The notes beneath the pieces were generated by a model. The model was not told the origin of the DNA and searched no databases. It was given only the letters and a program-made list of their open reading frames with translations. The translations under genes were made by a program, and so were the position numbers. A stretch of DNA of 64,000 bases from positions 25,618,070 through 25,682,069 of the forward strand of contig NC_092671.1 in the NCBI RefSeq assembly GCF_964355755.1. The letters run 5' to 3'. This document shows positions 50,117 through 59,689 of this stretch, one piece after another; the stretch's first letter is position 1; each line of letters begins with the position of its first letter. This stretch comes from Antedon mediterranea. Lineage: Eukaryota; Animalia; Echinodermata.

Positions 50117-52874
50117 GGCCCCTAAAGGACTTCAATTTTATGTCACATCTGGTATTCGATTTGCAGATGATGACATGCGTTCTCGTTGGAACGCTGTCTT
50201 TCACAAAAATGCTTGTCAACTTAATGAGATCCAAATTGACAATTGCCGCAAAATCCTCACAGAGTTTGACGTTGAAATTCACTCTAGAACTAAGAAGTTG
50301 AAAAGAGAACTTCCTGCATCCGAGTTTCAAAACAAACTCAGGATTATCGCCAATGATTGCCGTAAGCAATCAACGGCAATGGCCCGAAGGGGACATCACA
50401 AATTTGGTCTACCTGCAGACTTGGTCATTTCAACACAAATGACTCTACCTTCGGATGATTTTAGGGCTTTTAGGAAACCCTGCAGAAGGTTCGTTCGGAC
50501 TTATAACAAGAATCGGAGCAACACCTCTGATTCAGTTGTTGAAATTAATTGCCGACTTTCCGAAGGAGAGAAAAAACTTCTTTCCCGGGGACTTAAATTC
50601 TGCCCAAAACCAAGGCAGGTCGGCGCACAACATCTTTGGATATGGAGTCTTTCTCCAGAAGATTACGATTACGTGAACATTTTGCTGATTCAGACAGCAG
50701 CACCACGCAAAACGAAGGCAACGCTAACAAATTTAAACCAAAAAGTTCCTGGAATCCACCAAAAAATCGTTGTCCAGCTTTAGAAACATTTATTCAGGCT
50801 ATTGAGGAGGATGTACAAAACTACGTCCCGAGTCCAGATAAACGTGACAATTTCTCAAAACAAGAGAGGCAGGCCATTGCCAAATTGCGTCAGCGTAATG
50901 ATATTATCATTAAACCCGCTGATAAAGGTTCTGCCACTGTTGCCATAGACATCAAATTTTATGAAGAGGAGTCCTTAAGACAGCTAAACAATCCTCTTCA
51001 TTATCGTAAACTTAAAACGGATCCCACCCCGGAAATTGCGGATAAGGTGGCCAAATCTGTTTCTGTGATGGTAAAAAAACACTCCATCGATCCTAAGATT
51101 GGACCTCATTTGGCACAGGTCAATCCAGTTCCAGGCAGATTTTATTTCCTACCTAAAATCCACAAAGCAGGCAATCCTGGTAGACCCATTATTTCGGGCA
51201 ATGGCACTGCTACAGAGAAAATTTTTGAATATGTGGATGATTTACTAAGACCATATGTGACTGATCTCCCTTCATACATTCAGGACTCCACGGACTTTAT
51301 CCGCAAAATTAACCAAATTCAAAATTTACATAATAATTCTGTTCTGGCTACATTAGATGTTTCATCATTGTATACTAATATCCCTCACGAAGAAGCCAAT
51401 TTTCTGTCCCTCCAACCAAATAAACCACTTGTTTGGTTTAGATACATTGACGACATCTTCATGATCTGGACCCATGGTGAAGATAATTTGGAATCTTTTC
51501 TTCTCAATATTAATTCAGCCCACCCAACTATCAAATTTACAGCTACCAAATCCACTAGTAGTGTTGATTTTTTGGACACTATAGTGACCATAGAAAATGG
51601 TACACTCAAAACTGACCTATTCCGTAAACCCACGGATAAAAATATGTACCTGCTCCCTAGCAGTTGTCACCCCCGACACTGTACTAAAAACATACCGTAC
51701 AGTCAAGCATTACGTATCAGACGTATCTGTTCTTCAGATTTAGATTTTAAGAATCGTACCGAAGAACTAACCGGACATCTCCGGAATAGAAATTACAAGA
51801 AGGAATACATCGAAACTGCTATAAAGAAAGCAAAAGATATTCCTCGATGTCAAACACTGAGGTACAAACCACGTCAGCCAAAAAATTCGACCAGAGTGCC
51901 ATTGGTCACAACCTACCACCCTAGGTTGCCTCCATTACGGGCTATTATTGAGAAACATATGCCCATTCTACAGTCCACAGAACGTCTCAGGACTGTTTTT
52001 TCGGAACCACCCATTATTGCATTTCGTAGACCTCCCAACCTTCGTGATATATTAGTCAGATCCAAATTTAAAAGTGAAATTAACTCTCATGACCGCCAAA
52101 ATTTGGGCAGTCACCTTTGCGGCAAATCTTGCAAAACTTGTTCATTGGTTGATTCTGTTGAAAAATTTGAGAGTAACCAAACTGGCCGCATATTTCGGAT
52201 AAGACCAAAAACGTCATTTATCTCATATACTGTAATATTTGTGGCAAACAGTACGTCGGAGAAACAAAAAACACTCTCCGTATGAGAATGACACAACATA
52301 AATCACCTATCAAAACATTAAAGCTTGATCAACCTGTAGCCGAATATTTTAATTCAGCTGGTTAATCGATTGCAAATTTCAGAGTTATTGCAATAGACCA
52401 CGATGTCAAATGGAGCGACAAAACTCGCAAAGACAAAGAAAACCACTGGGAATTACTACTTAAAACATACTCCCAGATCGGTAAAATTATTCCATTGACT
52501 ACCAAAATTTAAGTTTCAATATTAACCACCATTTAAGCTGTTTTTAGTCTCATTCCAAAATTGTTTATATCTCTACCAAGCTACCTTCTTTGTTTTCTAC
52601 TCTTATTCAGACTCCACCCTGGCTCCCTTTGTTATATTTCTTTTATTCCTGTCCACCCACGCAGCACTTGTCAGCTTTATACTATGACGTTATCCAAATT
52701 CCTTCACTTGCACTGATGAAGGGCTAGTGTTGCCCGAAAGCTCTGCTAACTTTTCTGGCTGTTTACTTTATCGTTTTGATTTAGCTTTTCGCTTTTTATT
52801 TTTGTATCTCCATTGAGATCCAGCCACTGATACCAACAGCATTGTCTTTTTTTTCAGTAATTTGCCTTTGGATT
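50114..52874 (+). mobile_element. Penelope-like retroelement (RT + Cys cluster + GIY-YIG; Neptune-like), defective
   Basis: LLSRGLKFCP, IIKPADKG, LPKIHK..PGRPIIS, LDVSSLYTNIP, RYIDD, SCHP..., C..CKTC, then frameshifted VIYLIYCNICGKQYVGET (GIY-YIG). Flanked by (TA)n at 50084-50113 and 52875-52894. Confidence 0.93.
52710..52746 (+). ncRNA. Minimal type I hammerhead ribozyme in the Penelope 3' region
   Basis: GCA-CTGATGA-A-GGGC(TAGTGTT)GCCC-GAAA-GCTC-TGC: conserved core, 4-bp stem II, palindromic AGCT at stem III, GCA/TGC stem I. Confidence 0.85.
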
Positions 52875-52894
52875 TATATATATATATATATATA

Positions 52895-53315
52895 CGATTA
52901 TGAGATCATGTTCCGAATATGAGCACTGTTTCTATAATTTACAGTATGATTTATATATAATTTACACAGTGCTACGCAACATCATTGATTTACATATACA
53001 CAATATTATTTTAAAAACCGTTGCGAATTAAAGTTGGAATTTATTCTGACTTGTTAAGCCTCCACTGATTGTGAGGGCGTTTGTTGTATGAGAGAATGTA
53101 TCTGGTGGGTGAAAATCTGTGATAATACCATACATGGCTCTGTGGTCTAGTGGTATGATACTCGCCCTGTAAGCGAGAGGTTGCAGGTTCGAATCCAGCC
53201 AGAGACATTTTTTCATACAACTAAAAAATATGGAACTTTCGCCAATGAGCTATGCTCGACGCGATTATGAGATCATGTTCCGAATATGAGCACTGTTTCT
53301 ATAATTTACAGTATG

Positions 53316-53353
<38 letters not shown>
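52895..53353 (+). mobile_element. Terminally redundant 367-bp-period element containing a tRNA-like gene, in (TA)n
   Basis: A 65-bp direct repeat at 52895-52959 and 53262-53326, bounded by (TA)n on both sides. Confidence 0.75.
53136..53207 (+). pseudogene. tRNA-like sequence (Pro-like body, TGT at the anticodon position); probably pseudogene or SINE head
   Basis: 72-nt cloverleaf with A box TGGTCTAGTGG, B box GGTTCGAATCC and a downstream T-run. Single mismatches in the acceptor and T stems, and C instead of U33. Confidence 0.7.
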
Positions 53354-53357
<4 letters not shown>

Positions 53358-54105
53358 TATTGTGAAAAATTAAGGTGCAGTTGTGACTCTAAACTAGTCA
53401 CCTCTTTTTTCCCCTTCTCGAATTCATCATTTCATTTCAGGTATTTTTAAACAATAAACACCCTAAAGTAAATGTAATCATATGTATATAATATAATATA
53501 AAAACATTTTTATTTTGCCGTTTTGGCGTAAAAAACGATTACTTACTACTTATATAACCAAATATTAATATTATTTTAAACATTTTAACACTAATGGGTT
53601 TTGATTATTATTACTTACTTTTCATCAAGATTGAAGATGATATTATAGTTCAGTTTGAGGATCATAATAATGTTACATTTAGATCTCTCTCGCTTAGCCG
53701 AACCATTTTGAACTTTAACTAACTCTTTTAACTATGGCTATTTTGCCGTTTTCGTGTAAAAAAATAATTACTTTACTTCTTCTAACTAATTATTGATATT
53801 ATTTTAATTACAATACCATATTCTTGTTATTATTATATATTATATGAAATAACTATTATGTTAGATTTCAGATAAGGTGACTTGTATTATACCATAAGTA
53901 CATTAAATTGAAAGCGATGTTGGGCTGAATTATTCATGTTTATTTTGAGGGGTCCCCAACTTATGTACGGAACGCGATTTTTTTTTCGTACATAAGTTGG
54001 GGACCCCTTCATGAAACGTCACAAAATAAACATGAATAATTCACAGTTAAATTTTCTTGTTCCGTGTGCACCCAAGCGTATAGCAACAAGAAGTGATTAC
54101 ACAAT

Positions 54106-54596
54106 AGAGAGGTTTCGCAATCTTACGAATACGATAACGAAAACGGATACGTCACGCACACGTATTCGTTTTCGTAAGCCAGTAAAGAATCCGTTTCGCG
54201 TGACAATGAAATATTGAGGGCGCCGTCTAAAATAATGACTGCGGTAAATTTGAGCGAAGCGCAAGTACGTGTTGCTTGGCTGCCTAGGCCTAGCGAGTGA
54301 GGACTTTAAAAACTGCTATTTATCAAAATTGACCTGGCATTCTAGTAAATTACTTTAGTAAATTACTTTCAATAAATCTATAATTATATTATAATCATGA
54401 ATCATTCCTGATTCAAATGCAAAGTGTGCAAAATAGATCAAAAACTATACTCGTTTTGTAGTTACGAAAATGACTGGTGATATTCGTCAACACGAATACG
54501 CTTTACGAATATGAAATGGGGATCAGCTCAAAAGTTTCACAAATGTGTGACGTATCCGTTTTCGTTATCGTATTCGTAAGGTTGCGAAACCTCCCT
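54106..54596. mobile_element. Harbinger-like MITE, 3-bp TSD
   Basis: TIRs of about 50 bp (AGAGAGGTTTCGCAATCTTACGAATACGATAACGAAAACGGATACGTCAC); AAT duplicated. Confidence 0.85.
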
Positions 54597-55282
54597 AATA
54601 CAACTGCGATACGATTCTAGGCCTATCTCCGCTGTGGTTGCGGCGTGCGATTTCTTAGAAGAATAGCGTCGTTTTGTGTGGATTGTCGAAATAATCAGCC
54701 TTTGGTTTATGGTGTTTTTAATATAATTTATTACTAAAGAATTACGTGTTAAAATTATAGCTTCTATTAATACTATTAGGCCTAATTATTAGTCTCTAAA
54801 CCCATTTCTATTCTAGTAGTAGCTGTGTGGTGTGTGTGACGTGTGTGTGTTAGGTATGACACAGTCCGAGTAATAAGTCAGCAAAATTAAACAATAAACA
54901 TTACACAAAAATACATTTTTTATTCTCGTGAGTCTAAGGCCATGTAAAAAAAAACAGTTGATCGTCCTGGTTTTCTAAAAAAAGGAAGGAAGAGGCTCTT
55001 TTTATTTTTTATTTTTTATTTTTCCAAGATGGCGACTCACTACCGTATTTTCTTGAATAAACATGCCGCTATGAATAAAAATCACTCCCACCCCTCGCAT
55101 ACACCCTTCCTGACAATTCAAATAAATATGGTAAGTACTGTAAGATGTCTAAACAAACATAAGTACAGTATACAGAACAGCAAATATTAAAATACACCTT
55201 TTTTTTTATTTTATCAGGGGGTCACAATAAAAGTCCTTTTTGTACACTTTGACTTTATATCAAACTTCTGGATATTATTAGC

Positions 55283-55630
55283 CTACTGTGGCACAAATGC
55301 TCTAGTGTTTTTCCTTTTGGGTGTTTTGCCTGATTCCTTGCATTCACTACAAAGTGGATAATTCATGTTCTCAATTGATAAATTGTGCTCAGTTCCACAA
55401 TAAAAGCACAGGGGGTCTGTGAATGTTATGTAATAAGCTGCTTCGAGAGGCAGGGCACATGTCATTTTGTCATTGACAAAAACAATAGAATTGTCCTCTC
55501 CCAGGATGTCTTGAAAACAAGTTCCACATGAATACGACAGTGTGTCCAGTTCTCGTTCCAAGAGCTGCCCTTGGTCACGCTTCAGAACATGTGCTGCATA
55601 ACATACTCGCCACTTGAGGCATTCTTCACA
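55283..55630 (-). pseudogene. Cys-rich C-terminal fragment of a (Zator-like) transposase
   Basis: CEECLKWRVCY...YSCG...C..PLE..YY....LCFYCG...YPLCSECKESG; no DDE core present. Confidence 0.65.
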
Positions 55631-56564
55631 CTAGAATAAAGAATGAAAAAGAGTAGGGGTAAATATATGGTAAATTCAGTTGTGTTGAAAGAATTCTGAA
55701 CATGACAATAATATGATAATATGACATCCAAAGAGGGAGGGAATATCAATGCATACACACATATTTTAAACAGGACGTGGGTCATGTACCCGAACACGTC
55801 CGTAAACATCTAGCCTATATATATGGGACAGTTTCAACCCAGCCGGGTCGATTCGCCCCTCTATGGATAGGCAAACTCTACACTCTCTCGCGACAATATG
55901 CTAGCCTACAGTTTTGTTACTTCTGTATGAACATTTTTTACCGAACAATTACTCACCTCCGTAGTTTGGTATTGGTCTCCTATCGGTCCACCTTGATCGA
56001 ATTCGCCGCCTGCAAAATCAGAGAAAATGTCTGCGAGAGTACGTCGGCCGTCCACTACACCGTTCTCGCATACCAAGGGCCGGCTTCACGATTTTTGTTG
56101 CAGTCCGAATCGAAACACAAATAAAAACCATGTTGTTTAACTACTATCTAGTCTAGCAGTATCCTACTATCCTAGATCAAATTATTATGTAACAATTGAT
56201 AAAAGGACTAAAAAGTAGGCCTACCAAGGAACCAATAATTATAAATATTAATAGTGTATACTGTAACTCAAATGTATAGAATATATCGATAGAAACGGAA
56301 GGTAGAACCAAAAACATGTGTTCTCCAAATCCAGTCGTTTTTTGCTTCACGGCAAAATTTTTAAGGAGTAGCGAGAATATAGCGGCTGTGAAAATTCTAA
56401 TTAGATCCAGACGTTTATGTAAAATATTATACCCATGATGAGTGTAATTCAAAATATTCATACATTCAACGGCAGTGATACCTCTATCATCGCTGACCTA
56501 TAATCAAAGAATATGACCTCAAATTTATCGCAGTCGACGATGTGTATAGATGGCTCCCGACGGC

Positions 56565-58251
56565 CGTATCCGGATATTCACCCCCTGGACATTTACCCCC
56601 CGGACAACTACCCCCCGGACAACCACCACCTGGACCACTACCCCCTTAGGACAACTACCCCTTTAGGACAACTACCCCCCGGACAAATACCCCCCGGACA
56701 ACTACCCCCTTAGGACAACAACCCCCTTAGGACAACTACCCCCTGGACAACTACCCCCCGGACAATTACCCCCTAGGAACAATTACCCCCCGGACAATTA
56801 CCTCCCGGACAATTACCCCCCGGACAATTTTACCACCCAGAAAACTATCCCTTTAGAACACCCTAACCACCCAGACCATTCAACAACCTGACTCTGCAAC
56901 TATTAATTAATAACTATATTTTAATTCGTTACTTTGACGAATTACTATTCATTATTGTAAACAAAAGTAAAAGATTGAACATAAATATAGCCTGGTGGTA
57001 TAAACTGAAGATTGTCACACATGATCATAGGATAGTCGAACGTATTATATAGTACTCCATGTATTTACTGTAAAGACTGGGTTCGCTAATAATAATAATA
57101 ATTTTTGCGTCAGGACAATGCTTCGATAACCACTGGTCTTAAAAGAATTAATTTTTGTCTCAAATTTGTCATATATGTATTTTTGTACACTTGAAGAATA
57201 ATATCACTTTTGATATTTGACCTCAATGTTCACTCACCGAATAAACGTCGATCTTTAAATAAATTCCCCTCAAATAAACGGTGACCATGTCACTCCCATG
57301 AAACATCATATGGAATAATCGGCGTCTATTTCCATTAGATTATACCCCCTCCCATTGAATAAACAACTTTCTTCCAATAAATGTCCACCTAAAAACCACA
57401 TAAACAATAAACAGCCCAGGCCGTTTTTTCAATAAATACGGTACTTTAAATCTAGCACATCTAGGGTCTAGCGTGCTGTTAAACAAAACAGAATAATCGG
57501 TTAAAAACGGGTGTTTCGAAACTAGAGACCCGAGACCAGAGACCAGAGACCCGAGACCCAATACGAAAAGGGAGACCTAAATATACGAAAAGGGAGACCC
57601 ACGTACGAAAAGGGAGACCCCACTATACCAAAAGGGAGACCCCACTATACGAAAAGGGAGACCCTAATATACGAAAAGGGAGACCTAAATATACGAAAAG
57701 GGAGACCAAATATACGAAAAGGGAGACCCAAATATACGAAATGGGAGACCTAAATATACGAAAAGGGAGACCCACTATAAGAAAAGGGAGACCCCACTAT
57801 ACGAAAAGAGAGACCACACTATACGAAAAGGGAGACCCTAATATACGAAAAGGGAGACCCAAATATAGATCTCCCTTTTCGTATTGGGTCTCGTGTCAGG
57901 TCTCTGGTCTCCGGTCTCTAGTTTCGAAACACCCGTTAAAAACAGATGATTTCATTTTTACAGAAACCGGTCCTATATATTTGTCTACTTTTGGATTGGG
58001 GGGGGGGGGGGGGGGTAGTTGACCGGGGGGTAGTTGACCGGGGGGTAGTTGTCCTAAGGGGGTAGTTGTCCTAAGGGGGTGGTTGTCCGGGGGGTAGTTG
58101 TCCGGGGGGTTGTTATCCTAAGGGGGTAGTTGTCCTAAGGGGGTAGTTGTCCGGGGGGTAGTTGTCCGGGGGGTAGTTGTCCTAAGGGGGTAGTTGTCCG
58201 GGTGGTAAACATCCGGGGGGTAACTGTCTAGGGGGTAGGTGTCCTAGAACC
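56565..58251. mobile_element. Foldback/MULE-like element with repetitive arms, 9-bp TSD
   Basis: CCCGACGGC at 56556-64 and 58252-60; (GGACAACTACCCCC)n left arm and (GGGGGTAGTTGTCC)n right arm. Confidence 0.88.
57509..57934. mobile_element. MULE-like MITE with an internal 21-22-bp array, 9-bp TSD
   Basis: GTTAAAAAC duplicated; TIR GGGTGTTTCGAAACTAGAGACC; internal (ATACGAAAAGGGAGACC...)n. Confidence 0.9.
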
Positions 58252-59689
58252 CCCGACGGCTGTGGATCACGAAAAAAGAAAGAGCTAGGCCTAGCTTTCG
58301 ACAAAGGTACAACATGAATCAATGTTTTATATACAAAATATCGAAATAAAAAATAAAATAAAAATTGATGCGGCCTGAAAAAAGCATGCGGGCGGGGACG
58401 ATCAACTGTTGTTTTTTTTTATATGGCCTAATCTTCCCATCTCATGTGTTCATATACGCGCATTTTTAAAGTTCCTTTGAGTACATGCATATTGTTTGAT
58501 AAAAAATTACAGTACACAAATTATATACATTTTTTATTCTTGTGGGTCTAAGCTTTCTTTGGGCTATGTTCAATTACTACTTAGTTTAATGTCTTGCCTA
58601 GCTGTCGATTAGCCTCGACACGTGAATTGACCTAGAATCCTAGGCCTACTGTAGAAATAATCGTATCGCAGCTTAGTTGTGCGTGTAATCACTTCTTGTT
58701 GCTATACGCTTGGGTGCACACGGAACAACAAATTTAACTGATGAATTATTCATGTTTATTTTGTGACGTTTCATGAAGGGGTCCCCAACTTATGTACGAA
58801 AAAAAAAATCGCTGCCGGGACTCATCCGAATCCACCATTATACAACAGTTTAAATAGATCAATAGTTAACATATATTAGGCCTACTATGTCTTCCAATTT
58901 AAATTTAAAAATTCTAATAGAACGTGTTGCTCCATTGCACATGGTTTATTTATTGTACAAGCAGCAGAGGACATAGACTTGCCCCAAGTCTGTATTTTCT
59001 TTTTTATTTATTTGTTTTTATTGCGACCGCGATTTTTGTCTGAAAATACAGACTTGTGAAACGCGTATAGAAATCGATTTGTAGACCGCAAACGTCCGAT
59101 AAGAATGACGTAGGTGATCATACCGTATTTGGCTATATGGGGCGGGCGGTATGTAAATATGGATTTCGAATCAACCAATGATCATCTTGTTTCAAAATGA
59201 AAAAGATCGAGTACGTACAGTGCTGAATGTACGAGACGAGACTGTTGATAAAATCGTGTTGCCAAGTTGTTTTTTTATTAATTGTTTAGTCATTGGCCTA
59301 GACCTCTTTCGTAGGTCCTACTCAACTCGCACGTATGACTTGCCAAATAAAACGCCAATAAAGTAGGCCTACATGCCACCGGCACACAAAAAAGCTACAC
59401 CACACACTACACAGAACAGGACAGGGTCTGGGTGGGAATTAAATCAAATTATCTCCGCGTAATAAATGATCCATTCAATGTTTGATTTGCGGAGAAGCAG
59501 CCTATCTTATCAAGACGAGTTTTCATGTTCTTGGGAAAAATCCCATCAAATGTTTACCAAACTACTATATATATAACTTTATTCACAATCTCAGATAATA
59601 CAAAGTACATGCAAAATTAATTGAGGTTGTGAACGGGGTTAAGCTGTAAGCTAATGCTTTAGACGCAAAGCCCCTTAAAACGAGAAAAA

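Larger units (their letters stand above)
54938..58428 (-). mobile_element. Zator-like DNA transposon derivative
   Basis: TIRs GGCCATGTAAAAAAAAACAGTTGATCGTCC / GGACGATCAACTG...ATATGGCC, TAA TSD; the empty site is visible in the paralogous arm near 49140. Carries a Cys-rich transposase C-terminus. Confidence 0.8.
48709..58812. mobile_element. Composite MULE-like element/nest, 10.1 kb, 9-bp TSD
   Basis: TGCCGGGAC at 48700-48708 and 58813-58821. Long inverted arms begin GCGATTTTTTTTTTCGTAC. Internal arm junction at 53926-54105. Confidence 0.88.

Noticed and set aside
53136-53207. Functional tRNA-Thr(TGT) gene
   Set aside because: Pro-like body, C at position 33, mismatches in the acceptor and T stems, and embedded in a repeat unit.
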